From Bacteroidales bacterium (GTDB lineage: Bacteria; Bacteroidota; Bacteroidia; Bacteroidales; VadinHA17), in contig JAGNKY010000016.1 of assembly GCA_017999895.1 (NCBI GenBank), positions 2,888-66,887 on the forward strand: a stretch of DNA of 64,000 bases, read 5' to 3'. A model generated the notes under the pieces. That model was not told the DNA's origin, did no database searches, and saw only the letters and a list, made by a program, of their open reading frames with translations. The position numbers and the translations under genes were made by a program. Below, piece after piece: positions 16,615 through 25,692 of this stretch; position 1 is the first letter of the stretch; every line of letters begins with the position of its first letter.

Positions 16615-16640
16615 GAGGGGTTCAAAATATTGAACCCCTC
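16615..16640. repeat. perfect hairpin GAGGGGTTCAA-AATA-TTGAACCCCTC upstream of the RAYT gene
   Basis: Its 22-nt core GGGGTTCAAAATATTGAACCCC is the exact reverse complement of the core of the internal copy at 16273-16294. Confidence 0.9.
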
Positions 16641-16716
16641 TATGTTCTGTTGCTCACTCATAATTTTATTTTCCATTTGATTAAACGCCAACCATTCGCC
16701 AATTTAGCCCATTGGT

Positions 16717-18255
16717 TCATTTCCATAATCCCAACTCTTTAAGGATTGTTCTCAGTTTTTCGTCGGCTTCATTTCGTTCCTCCTCGGCTTCCTTGAGTTG
16801 TACGATGGCGTCCTCAAGGTCAAGTGTGTCGTCCTCACCGTTCTGAGCGACATAGCGTGAAGGACTGAGGTTATAGTCGTTCCGTGTTGCCTCTTCCCGT
16901 GCGATGATTTTACTTATGCCCTCTTCCTCTTTCCAGTTGAGGTATATATCGGCTATTAGGTCAATACTCTCATCCGGCAGATAGTTCTTGGGACGGCCCT
17001 TCTTAAACAGCTTCGAAGCATTGATGAGCAATATCTTTCCTTTCCTCTCGTCAGGTTTCGATTTATTGATGACCAAGATTATCCCCGGCGCCGTTGTGTT
17101 ATAGAAAAGGTTTTCGGGCAGCAGCACGACAGCCTCGACAAGGTCTCGTTCGACGAACTCTTTTCGTATATCCCTCTCCCTGTTTTTGCCGGTGTTACCG
17201 CTGCCGCGCGACACTGCGCCTGTATCGAGCACCACAGCCATCTTCCCCTGCCCGTTCAGGGAGGCGAACATGTGTTGTATCCAGCCCCAGTCGGCGGTGT
17301 TGGAAGGAGGGTATCCGGAGCCAAAGCGGTTGTACGCGTCGTTTTCATAGACCGTCTGTGAAAAATCCTGGTTCCACATCGGGTTGGCCGTTACAAGGTC
17401 GAATTTACGAAGCGAGCCCTGCGACGTGAGGAATGCAGGCCTGTTCATGGTGTCGCCGAGTGCTATCTCAGCCTCCATGTCATGGATAAAAGCGTTCATC
17501 TTTGCCATGGCGAAGGTAGAGGGCAGTATCTCCTGGCCGTAGAACTTAAGAGGCTCGACGGCGGAATCGGCGCCGTATTTCTCCCTGAACCGCAGGAAGC
17601 ATTTGATAAGCAGTCCGCCTGAGCCGCAGCACGGGTCATAAATCTCATTACCCGGTTCGGGGTTCAGGATGTATGACATCAGCACTGCGACCTCGCCGGG
17701 AGTATAGAATTCTCCGGCGCTCTGGCCCGAGCCCTCGGCGAATTTCCTCAGGAGGTATTCGTACGCTCTGCCAAGTATGTCAGCATCGACGTCGTTCAGG
17801 CCAAGCCGGTATTTATTCAGGACGTTTATCAGTTCTTTCAGTTTATCGTCGCTGATGATTCTCTGTCCGGCAGCGGTGGCGTTGAAGTCAACAGTATCTA
17901 TCACGCCCTGGAGTTTCGGGTTTTCTCTTGCTATTGTACGAACGGTATTTGTCAGGTATTCGCCGGTACCCTTCGCAGGTTGTTTTGCAAGTTCTTTCCA
18001 GCGCGTTTCAGCGGGCAGGTAGAAACGGACGAGGTCATGGTCGTATGCAACAAGTTTTTCGACAAACTCTTTTGAGCCGTAGTTTTGTGACATACGTTCG
18101 AGTTCATCTTCGAAAACATCGGAGAGGCGTTTGAGGAAGATGAGCGGTAGGAGGTAGTCTTTATATTTTGGAGCGTCAACGGGTCCGCGTATTTTGCAGG
18201 CAGCTTCCCACAGCCAGTTCTCCAGCGCCTTGATATCGAGATTATTTTCCAGCAT
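16717..18255 (-). CDS. hsdM: type I restriction enzyme M subunit (N6-adenine DNA methyltransferase HsdM)
   Basis: 512 aa. HsdM N-terminal domain (LWEAACKIRG..YKDYLLPLIFLKRLSDVFE), SAM motif DPCCGSGGLL, catalytic NPMW (NPPY-type). Visibly more GC-rich than the surroundings. Confidence 0.95.
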   Translation of the reverse strand: MLENNLDIKALENWLWEAACKIRGPVDAPKYKDYLLPLIFLKRLSDVFEDELERMSQNYGSKEFVEKLVAYDHDLVRFYLPAETRWKELAKQPAKGTGEYLTNTVRTIARENPKLQGVIDTVDFNATAAGQRIISDDKLKELINVLNKYRLGLNDVDADILGRAYEYLLRKFAEGSGQSAGEFYTPGEVAVLMSYILNPEPGNEIYDPCCGSGGLLIKCFLRFREKYGADSAVEPLKFYGQEILPSTFAMAKMNAFIHDMEAEIALGDTMNRPAFLTSQGSLRKFDLVTANPMWNQDFSQTVYENDAYNRFGSGYPPSNTADWGWIQHMFASLNGQGKMAVVLDTGAVSRGSGNTGKNRERDIRKEFVERDLVEAVVLLPENLFYNTTAPGIILVINKSKPDERKGKILLINASKLFKKGRPKNYLPDESIDLIADIYLNWKEEEGISKIIAREEATRNDYNLSPSRYVAQNGEDDTLDLEDAIVQLKEAEEERNEADEKLRTILKELGLWK

Positions 18256-18500
18256 GGCAGAATTATTAGATTAAACAGTTTATGTTCGAATATAAGGGTT
18301 TATTTTGAAAGAATGTGCTCGAGGAAGCTGAAAACGTGGTTGTATTTTTTGAATTTGAAACAATCTTTAGAAAGATGGTGGGAGAAGTTCGGATGGAATA
18401 GGTGGACTACTTTGTACGGAATAAACAACTTATTAAGGACCCGGTGGACAATATAAAATTATGGAATGAAGTGTTTAATAGCTCAAAACAAAAATATACC

Positions 18501-18658
18501 TTTTATACTTTTACCACTGAGTACACGGGTTAGCACGAGATAAATCCGTGTTGATCTGTGCTCCCAGTGGTGAATCGAAAATATATAAATCTCTTATGTC
18601 CCTGGAATTCAATCATTCATTTATTTAATCAATCAATCATTCATTCATTCAATCATTA
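18501..18658. repeat. ~150-nt intergenic repeat, copy A (long hairpin + conserved 47-mer + CAAT/CATT microsatellite)
   Basis: The hairpin is CCACTGAGTACACGG...CCGTGTTGATCTGTGCTCCCAGTGG. The 47-nt core at 18558-18604 is identical to 18914-18960. It is followed by tcaatcattcatttatttaatcaatcaatcattcattcattcaatcatt. Confidence 0.85.
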
Positions 18659-18857
18659 CTATAAACGGCTCGCTCATGCGCAGCCCAAAGAAAATGGTTA
18701 ATGTCCTACGGACAAATGTTGAATAACTCAATAATGCTCCGGCTATGGAATTATAAGCCCTGACGGGCTAAATAATTTATCAGAATGTGGGGGTTTAAAA
18801 AGATTGACAGGCCAATAAATTCCCAAAAACATTTAACAACAAGGCATACTTTACGCT

Positions 18858-19010
18858 TTTATTCTTTTACCACGGAGCACACGGGCCGGCACGGGGGGAA
18901 TCCGTGTTAACCCGTGCTCCCAGTGGTGAATCGAAAATATATAAATCTCTTATGTCCCTGTAATCCAATCATTCAATCAATCAATCATTCAATCACTCAA
19001 TCCTCTAATA
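18858..19010. repeat. ~150-nt intergenic repeat, copy B
   Basis: The hairpin is CCACGGAGCACACGGG...CCCGTGCTCCCAGTGG. It has the identical 47-nt core gtgctcccagtggtgaatcgaaaatatataaatctcttatgtccctg, then caatcattcaatcaatcaatcattcaatcactcaatcc. Confidence 0.85.
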
Positions 19011-19288
19011 ATTAACCATTAGCAATAAAATACCAAGTTACAACTAATGTAATAGATATGCATCTATTTTATTAATATTTAAATTTTATTCTAAATCCAG
19101 TTGCTTCTCTAGCATTGAAGTCAGACAGGTTTAATTGATTATGATTGATTGTGCTCTTAAGTGATTTCGTTAACAGGCTATTATTTGGTGCCCGGTAATG
19201 AATGAGATGCTGTTTATAGCCTTATGTTCTTATATTAATTCTTCAAAGTTTATGTTATGTTACTGGCATTTTCAATAAATTATATTAA

Positions 19289-19945
19289 TCAGTCAGAAGT
19301 GAAATCTGATAAAAGTATAATACCTTGTGAAAGTAAATCCGGGCAACAATATGTAAATTTCCCGGTCTCATAGAGTGAATTTGCTATTTCAATGGATTCA
19401 AATCCAGTATTTATTTTTTTTATTTCTAACAAATAATAAAGATGCTCTGGCTTTGATTTTGTTATTAATAAATTATATTTGGAAATAAGCTTAATTAATT
19501 CTTCTTTAGAGACTAAAGGATCACAATTAATTGTATTAGTTGGAATTGCAAATGATTTTGGATCATTTTTAATAAAAGTAAAAACAGGCATAGCGTAATG
19601 AATTGAATCTTTGTTCAGTGTCCTCAGGATATTTAATAATTGAATCGTATCTTTTGGATTTATTTCACACCGGATACTCTTGCTTCTTTCTGTAATATTT
19701 GCATTAGCAGGTATTTTAATAAAATCGTATTTCCTAAGCAATCTTATAATTTCATAGTAAGATAGATTATGATTAAATTCAATATATACTTCTGATCCCT
19801 TTAAATACAACGGTATTTTCTCATAATTAAATGTATAATAGAAATATTCCTGATTAAAGGGATCTATATCAACTTCATCTTTTTGGCATGATTGAAGAAT
19901 AAAGAATCCCAAAATACATATAATGATAGATGAAGAAGCTTTCAT
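19289..19945 (-). CDS. hypothetical lipoprotein
   Basis: 218 aa. Signal peptide with a lipobox-like FILQSC. No recognisable catalytic motifs. Confidence 0.5.
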   Translation of the reverse strand: MKASSSIIICILGFFILQSCQKDEVDIDPFNQEYFYYTFNYEKIPLYLKGSEVYIEFNHNLSYYEIIRLLRKYDFIKIPANANITERSKSIRCEINPKDTIQLLNILRTLNKDSIHYAMPVFTFIKNDPKSFAIPTNTINCDPLVSKEELIKLISKYNLLITKSKPEHLYYLLEIKKINTGFESIEIANSLYETGKFTYCCPDLLSQGIILLSDFTSD

Positions 19946-20188
19946 AAGTTATATTCTGAAACCAAACAAGATAAACAAATAATATGCCACATATTTAATA
20001 AATTGCATTTTAAAATATTTAATTTATTCCACAGATTTTTTTATTATAATGCCTGTCAATATGGTCAATATGTGTATATTTATTCACCATTCAGACAGAA
20101 ACAGGAAAATTGTTTATTTAAGATAAAAGATAAAAGGAACAGGATAAAAATATTTCATGGATTTACATACATCCCTTTGATTATCTTG

Positions 20189-20260
20189 TAGTCCTACCAG
20201 GAATCGAACCTGGATTTACGGTTTAGGAAACCGCCGTTCTATCCATTGAACTATAGGACC
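20189..20260 (-). tRNA. tRNA-Arg (anticodon CCT)
   Basis: 72 nt: GGTCCTA acceptor, GTTC/GAAC D-stem, anticodon loop TTCCTAA, T-arm CCAGG-TTCGATT-CCTGG, discriminator A. CCA is not encoded. Confidence 0.9.
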
Positions 20261-20427
20261 GTCATTCAAGATCGCAAAATTATGCCTTTTTTTATCATTG
20301 CAATATACATTACGAATCAAGATGCTTATTTTGTTTTTCTCCCACCTGTTCCATGTCATCTTTTTATTTCTTTTGGTTTTGATATTTCTCCATAGTTTTA
20401 TACCTTCACTTTTAATTTTATAAACTA

Positions 20428-20964
20428 ATGAATTACATTGATATAATCATTCTTATAATAATGTCAATAGCCATTATCTATGGCTTCATCAATGGATTTA
20501 TAAGAGAAGTTGCTTCTCTGGCCGCACTTATTCTTGGAATATGGGCTGCTATAAAATTTTCTGACTGGACAGCCTTAAAACTTTATGAATGGTTCGATAT
20601 GACAGGGCGCTACGTTGGAATTATTGCCTTTATCATCACTTTTATAGCGATCGTAATAGTTATTCATTTCATCGGATTGCTTGCAGATAAGATAATCAAA
20701 ATTGCTTCACTCGGCTTTCTGAACAAATTCCTTGGAATGGCATTCGGATTTATTAAATCCGTGCTTATTCTCAGCATATTATTTGTAGTGCTGAATGCTA
20801 TTGATGAACACCGTCCTTTTCTGCCGAAAGAAAAAATCAACGAGTCAATACTCTACAATCCTATTTCCGACGTTGCCCCTGCAATTTTCCCTATTATAGG
20901 AGAAGGGACATTTTCTAAAAGTTTTGAAAAGTTCAAAAAGAAACCGTCGGGGACAATTATCTGA
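20428..20964 (+). CDS. cvpA: CvpA-family membrane protein
   Basis: 178 aa with four predicted TM helices. The N-terminus ([28 protein letters not shown]) is typical of colicin V production protein homologues. Confidence 0.75.
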   Translation: MNYIDIIILIIMSIAIIYGFINGFIREVASLAALILGIWAAIKFSDWTALKLYEWFDMTGRYVGIIAFIITFIAIVIVIHFIGLLADKIIKIASLGFLNKFLGMAFGFIKSVLILSILFVVLNAIDEHRPFLPKEKINESILYNPISDVAPAIFPIIGEGTFSKSFEKFKKKPSGTII

Positions 20965-20984
20965 CCCATTTTACTATATTTTAC

Positions 20985-20992
20985 TATATTTG
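20985..20992 (+). promoter_or_regulatory. candidate Bacteroidota -7 promoter box (TATATTTG) upstream of tyrS
   Basis: Matches the TAnnTTTG consensus and ends 19 nt before the ATG at 21012. It lies inside a tandem 10-mer (ttactatatt x2, 20971-20990). Confidence 0.3.
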
Positions 20993-21011
20993 CGGCTCCA
21001 GCGGAGGATAT

Positions 21012-22304
21012 ATGAATTTTATCGAAGAACTGAGATGGAGGGGCATGATACACGATATCATGCCTGGAACGGAAGATTTGCTTAATAAAGAAAGGGTAAC
21101 GGGTTATATAGGATTCGATCCTACCGCCGATTCTCTCCATATCGGGCACATGGTACAGATAATGCTTCTGTTGCATTTTCAGCGGGCCGGACATATACCC
21201 ATTGCACTGATTGGCGGTGCCACAGGAATGATTGGCGACCCTTCGGGCAAATCGGAAGAACGTGTATTACTCGACGAGGATACATTGAGACATAATCAGG
21301 AATGCATCAAGAAACAACTTGCAAAATTCCTCGATTTTCAGTCGGACAGCCCGAACAGGGCAATTATGGTCAATAACTACGACTGGATGAAGAACTATTC
21401 ATTCCTTGATTTTATTAGAGATATAGGCAAACATATAACGGTTAATTACATGATGGCAAAAGATTCTGTCAAGAAACGTCTTGGGCCGGATTCGAAAGAA
21501 GGGATGTCTTTTACCGAATTTTCTTACCAGCTCGTTCAAGGTACAGATTATCTTCATCTTTACCGGAATTATAACTGCAAGCTGCAGATGGGCGGTTCCG
21601 ATCAGTGGGGCAATATACTGACAGGAATTGAACTTATCAGACGTAAGATGGGCGGAGAAGCATTCGCTCTCACATGTCCTCTGATTACAAAGGCCGACGG
21701 TACCAAATTCGGCAAAACAGAATCGGGAAATGTATGGCTCGACCCTGAAAAGACATCGCCATATCAATTCTATCAGTTCTGGCTTAACGTGTCGGACAAA
21801 GATGCAGAAAAATATATCAAAATTTATACAACGCTTGGAAAGGAAACAATCGAAAATCTTATCTCAACTCATTATCAGAAACCTGAAGCACGTATTCTAC
21901 AGAAACGGCTTGCCGAAGAGGTAACAGTAATGGTTCATTCACGAGAAGAGTATAACTCTGCTGTCGAGGCTTCAAAGATACTTTTCGGACAGGGGACTAC
22001 CGAATCGCTCAGGAAAATGAATGAGAAGACATTTTTATCGGTTTTCGAAGGGGTCCCTGTATTCAATGTCAGCAAAGATTTATTTTCCGATGGAGTTGCG
22101 ATATACGATTTATGTACCGTACATTGCAGAATTTTTTCATCTAAGAGCGAAATGAGAAGACTTATTCAAAGCGGTGGCATAAGTATCAACAAGGAAAAAG
22201 TTGAGGATGGTGAAAAAATAATCAATAGTGATTTTCTTCTTAATGGAAAATATTTACTCGTACAAAAAGGAAAAAAGAATTACTCATTGATAAGAGCACT
22301 CTGA
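21012..22304 (+). CDS. tyrS: tyrosine--tRNA ligase
   Basis: 430 aa. HIGH motif (SLHIGHMV), KMSKS-type KFGKT, and a C-terminal S4-like domain. Confidence 0.95.
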   Translation: MNFIEELRWRGMIHDIMPGTEDLLNKERVTGYIGFDPTADSLHIGHMVQIMLLLHFQRAGHIPIALIGGATGMIGDPSGKSEERVLLDEDTLRHNQECIKKQLAKFLDFQSDSPNRAIMVNNYDWMKNYSFLDFIRDIGKHITVNYMMAKDSVKKRLGPDSKEGMSFTEFSYQLVQGTDYLHLYRNYNCKLQMGGSDQWGNILTGIELIRRKMGGEAFALTCPLITKADGTKFGKTESGNVWLDPEKTSPYQFYQFWLNVSDKDAEKYIKIYTTLGKETIENLISTHYQKPEARILQKRLAEEVTVMVHSREEYNSAVEASKILFGQGTTESLRKMNEKTFLSVFEGVPVFNVSKDLFSDGVAIYDLCTVHCRIFSSKSEMRRLIQSGGISINKEKVEDGEKIINSDFLLNGKYLLVQKGKKNYSLIRAL

Positions 22305-22333
22305 ATATTTTTCCAGTAAGTAACGGAAATATA

Positions 22334-23560
22334 TCAATAGAGATCTGCAGCAATTATCGACACATCATCAAAAAGACCAGGGTTTTTGTCGGGTATTCCA
22401 AGCTCTTTTAACATTTCGGAGATATTCTCTCCAACCGGTCTGACGTTTTGAATATGGCGGATAATACAACCTGTTCCTAACTCTTTGCCATACTCATCTT
22501 TCAGTTCAGAGAGTCCGTCGGTATAACATACGATTTTAGAATAATTCTTTATTTCTATTTTTTTTGCTGTAAAAGGAGGAATTTCGTCGAGCATGCCAAT
22601 TCCAACACAATCGGCTTTCAGATGTGTTATTTCGCCGGTTACTGTATCATAAAGAACAGGAGGATTATGAGCCGCATTCACGTATTCCAGAATGCCTGTG
22701 CTGTGGTTAAATCTGGCTACAAAAAAAGTGATAAACTTTTCTCCTTCGGCATTAGAAATAACAATTCCATTAAGTTTTCTGATAAGGCTTACAAGATCTA
22801 TATCACAGGTGAAAAGTGCACGGAGGCTCGCTTGAAAATTCGACATTAATATTGCTGCTGAAATTCCTTTGCCTGAAACATCTGCAATACAGAAGCCTGT
22901 TATTTCCTCAGAAAGTTTTAAGCAGTCGTAATAATCACCTCCCACTTCATAATGTGGAAAATAGAATCCTTTGACAACTATTTTACCCCGGGATGGAAGT
23001 TGATTTTCGCCTGGAATTAACATCATTTGCATCCGTGATGCAAGCTCGAGCTCTTTCTTAAGAGCTTCCTGGCGTAGGCTTTCTTTAAAAAGTCTGATAT
23101 TCTCGATAGCTACAATTATTATATTCGAAATTGTCTGAATGAATGTCAGATGTTTTAACACCGGGCTCATTCCTTCTCCCTCTTCCTCTATATCGCCTAT
23201 GAATATATATGCCAGTGGAATAAGGTTGTTACATACTGGTATAATGATGTCAACTCCTTCAAAACCTGGCGTGTTGGTAACTATTGTAGTTTCCGTAAGT
23301 GGCAGGAGCTGATCCTGTATATTAATCGACTTCTGGAATGAATCAGGGAATCCTGCATTAAGAATGCATTCCCACTTTTCTTCACGTTTAAAAATCATTA
23401 TTTTCCCAATACCAAGGTTGTTTCTAAGTATTGAGTCGTATTTGGCAAGAAGCTCTTCTACAGGAAGGTTTGCATTAATAGACAAAGTGATTTCGAGTAA
23501 TGCATTAAGCTTAAATTTTGAAATTTCAAGTCTCTCCTTTGAAGAACTTTTTTCTTTCAT
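22334..23560 (-). CDS. PP2C-family (SpoIIE/RsbU-like) serine phosphatase with an N-terminal GAF-like sensor domain
   Basis: 408 aa. ELELASRMQMMLIP, GGDYYD and CIADVSGKGISAAILMS motifs. Confidence 0.85.
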   Translation of the reverse strand: MKEKSSSKERLEISKFKLNALLEITLSINANLPVEELLAKYDSILRNNLGIGKIMIFKREEKWECILNAGFPDSFQKSINIQDQLLPLTETTIVTNTPGFEGVDIIIPVCNNLIPLAYIFIGDIEEEGEGMSPVLKHLTFIQTISNIIIVAIENIRLFKESLRQEALKKELELASRMQMMLIPGENQLPSRGKIVVKGFYFPHYEVGGDYYDCLKLSEEITGFCIADVSGKGISAAILMSNFQASLRALFTCDIDLVSLIRKLNGIVISNAEGEKFITFFVARFNHSTGILEYVNAAHNPPVLYDTVTGEITHLKADCVGIGMLDEIPPFTAKKIEIKNYSKIVCYTDGLSELKDEYGKELGTGCIIRHIQNVRPVGENISEMLKELGIPDKNPGLFDDVSIIAADLY

Positions 23561-23566
23561 TTCATA

Positions 23567-24133
23567 CTATGATTTCACCCTTTCGACGTATGAGCCGTCG
23601 CGTGTATCAATTTTTATTTTGTCGCCGGTATTAACGAAAAGAGGGACCATAACAGTTGCACCGGTTTCGGTTTTTGCAGGCTTCAGAGTGTTTGTTGCAG
23701 TATCGCCTCTTAGCCCGGGTTCTGTATATGTTATCTCAAGAACAACAAAGGGCGGAAGCTCTACCGAAAGTATATTTTCAGTATCGGCATGCACGACTAT
23801 TTCAACATTCTGCCCTTCTTTCAGAAATTCATGTTGCTCAATCATATGTTCAGGTACATGCACTTGCTCGAAAGTTTCAGTATGCATAAAATAATATCCA
23901 AGGTCGTCTTTATATAGATACTGAAAAGGCCTCCTTTCGACCCGTGTAACATTAATTTTAACTCCGGCATTGAATGTATTTTCAATAATCCTTCCCGTTT
24001 TTATATTTTTAAGTTTTGTACGTACAAAAGCCGGGCCCTTACCGGGCTTTACATGTTGAAACTGAACAACTGTATATAAATCATTATTGAACTCAATCAC
24101 CAGTCCATTCCTCAAATCCTGAGTTGTTGCCAT
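23567..24133 (-). CDS. efp: elongation factor P
   Basis: 188 aa. [16 protein letters not shown] loop, three-domain length. Confidence 0.95.
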   Translation of the reverse strand: MATTQDLRNGLVIEFNNDLYTVVQFQHVKPGKGPAFVRTKLKNIKTGRIIENTFNAGVKINVTRVERRPFQYLYKDDLGYYFMHTETFEQVHVPEHMIEQHEFLKEGQNVEIVVHADTENILSVELPPFVVLEITYTEPGLRGDTATNTLKPAKTETGATVMVPLFVNTGDKIKIDTRDGSYVERVKS

Positions 24134-24171
24134 ATAAATTATTCTGTTTAAAATTAATAATTTCTTTTTTC

Positions 24172-24963
24172 TTAATCAATAAACTTAAACGGCTCTACAA
24201 GCCCTTCGTAGTAATTTATCTCGGCTGTAAAAGCGCCGACAAATATATCAAATCGTATCTTAACAGGTAAACAATTTTTATCTGCGGAAAACCAGATCGA
24301 AACATCTTCGTTAGTTTTAAAAAGCCTGCCCACTTCAGTAACCGGATTAAATTTATAACATCTTATTTTACCAAACCGGGTTTTTACATTTTCCATACCC
24401 TTATAAGATAGTATTATAGGATAGAATTCATCTGTGAACCATGTATTTATAACTATTCTTTCATCCTGCTTGAATGGATAATTTTTTGCCAGGTAATTTT
24501 TCCGGAAATAATAAAAACATGAAAGTATATCATGAATACCCTTTTCTGTTACATGTTTTCCTGTAAGGTCACTGATAAGAATTGCAGAATCGGGACGTGA
24601 GTAATGGTCGAAAAGGACTACATTATATTTTCTATAGCGACCTTCATGGATATCTCTTACAGACTTCACTGGAAGTTCGGTAACAGGATCGAAATAGCTC
24701 TCATAGACGTCGCGTACTTTAAAAATTGCATCTGTAATACCGGTTGTATAACCAATTAAATAAGCATGATATACTTCTTTGCCATCAAGAATTTCTTTCG
24801 TAAGGCTTAAGTTCCCGGCACCTCCGGTTATGATTCCATAATGCATTATAAAAGAAACCTTTTCTCCATCCTGATAAGGCGAATTCTGACCATTTAACCA
24901 GACAACAGGAAGTAGAAGTAAGAGAATAATAGATATAATATATTTAATTTTAAAAATCACCAT
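24172..24963 (-). CDS. DUF3108-like secreted protein
   Basis: 263 aa. Signal peptide, beta-rich. The pattern [22 protein letters not shown] resembles the DUF3108 family. Confidence 0.6.
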   Translation of the reverse strand: MVIFKIKYIISIILLLLLPVVWLNGQNSPYQDGEKVSFIMHYGIITGGAGNLSLTKEILDGKEVYHAYLIGYTTGITDAIFKVRDVYESYFDPVTELPVKSVRDIHEGRYRKYNVVLFDHYSRPDSAILISDLTGKHVTEKGIHDILSCFYYFRKNYLAKNYPFKQDERIVINTWFTDEFYPIILSYKGMENVKTRFGKIRCYKFNPVTEVGRLFKTNEDVSIWFSADKNCLPVKIRFDIFVGAFTAEINYYEGLVEPFKFID

Positions 24964-24973
24964 ATTTTTTCTT

Positions 24974-25672
24974 TTAAAACAATTTTTTCTTTGGCCGTGT
25001 TGCTAAAAAATCTTTAAGGTAAAACGGTTCAAAATAAGCAGTATTTTCAAACTTTGCCTCTTTCAATGCCTTATATGCAGGGGTCCGCATATATGAAGCA
25101 GATAGTTCAAAATTTTTTATAAAGATCTGTTTATCTCTTTTAATAACTCCTGAACATTTGTTCACTCCATTTCCAAAAAATATCATCATAAAATTGGACG
25201 ATATATCCGTGAAGGAATTTTCATTTATTGTTTCTATTGTTATTTCTTTGACTTTTTTACCGTATGAGTCATAAATACAATAATATACTTCCATTCTTCT
25301 GGCATCGAGCATTGGGCAGAATAATGTTTCCCTGTCAATATATTTTCTACCTATTTCAGTTTCAAGCAATCCATAATACATTGATGTTAGGGTATCGATT
25401 CCTATCAGAGGAATATCTGCGGCGTATGCAATACCTTTTGCAGTGGAAACGCCTATTCTAAGACCAGTATATGAGCCCGGACCTTTGCTCACGGCAATTG
25501 CCTCAAGCTCTTGAGCATTTATATTTCGTTCTTTAAAAATTTCATTTATAAAAACCGCAAGCATTTCAGCATGTGAGTTGGAGTTTTTGCTTTCGCGCTG
25601 TGAAATAACACGGTCGCTGCAGCATAATGCAACAGAGCATACGGTCGTAGCTGTTTCAATGCATAAAATCAT
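24974..25672 (-). CDS. tsaB: tRNA threonylcarbamoyladenosine (t6A) biosynthesis protein TsaB
   Basis: 232 aa. ILCIETATTVCSVAL...VSKGPGSYTGLRIGVSTAKG. Confidence 0.9.
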   Translation of the reverse strand: MILCIETATTVCSVALCCSDRVISQRESKNSNSHAEMLAVFINEIFKERNINAQELEAIAVSKGPGSYTGLRIGVSTAKGIAYAADIPLIGIDTLTSMYYGLLETEIGRKYIDRETLFCPMLDARRMEVYYCIYDSYGKKVKEITIETINENSFTDISSNFMMIFFGNGVNKCSGVIKRDKQIFIKNFELSASYMRTPAYKALKEAKFENTAYFEPFYLKDFLATRPKKKLF

Positions 25673-25692
25673 TTGCTTTGTCTGATCAGGAT

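Larger units (their letters stand above)
15973..16640 (-). mobile_element. IS200-like / RAYT unit: tyrosine (HUH) transposase gene bracketed by GGGG..CCCC hairpins
   Basis: A single tnpA-like gene with a near-perfect 28-nt palindrome 34 nt past its stop (15973-16000) and a 26-nt perfect hairpin 45 nt upstream of its start (16615-16640). Size is ~670 bp, as for tnpA-only IS200 elements. Confidence 0.55.

Noticed and set aside
17094-18179. Antisense and alternative-frame ORFs inside hsdM (17094-17429, 17673-17855, 17777-18022, 17928-18134, 17952-18179)
   Set aside because: Same reasoning as for hsdR: Arg/Ser/Pro-rich translations nested in a confidently called gene.
18501-19010. Possible CRISPR array (repeated units with intervening unique sequence)
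   Set aside because: There are only two copies. The units are ~150 nt rather than 25-40 nt, they contain an internal long hairpin and a microsatellite, and there are no cas genes in the window.
20189-20260. tRNA-Arg as the integration (att) site of the 0.9-19 kb island
   Set aside because: The island lies on the 3' side of the tRNA. However, there is no integrase, and the only match to the tRNA 3' half at the repeats or the far edge is an 8-nt GAATCGAA, which is too short to count as an att repeat.
20965-21011. T-box leader upstream of tyrS
   Set aside because: Only 47 nt separate cvpA from tyrS, which is far too short for a T-box, and no T-box sequence is present.
23364-23894. 176-aa plus-strand ORF spanning the PP2C start and the efp 3' half
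   Set aside because: It is antisense to two strongly supported genes, and its translation is Ser-rich and low-complexity.
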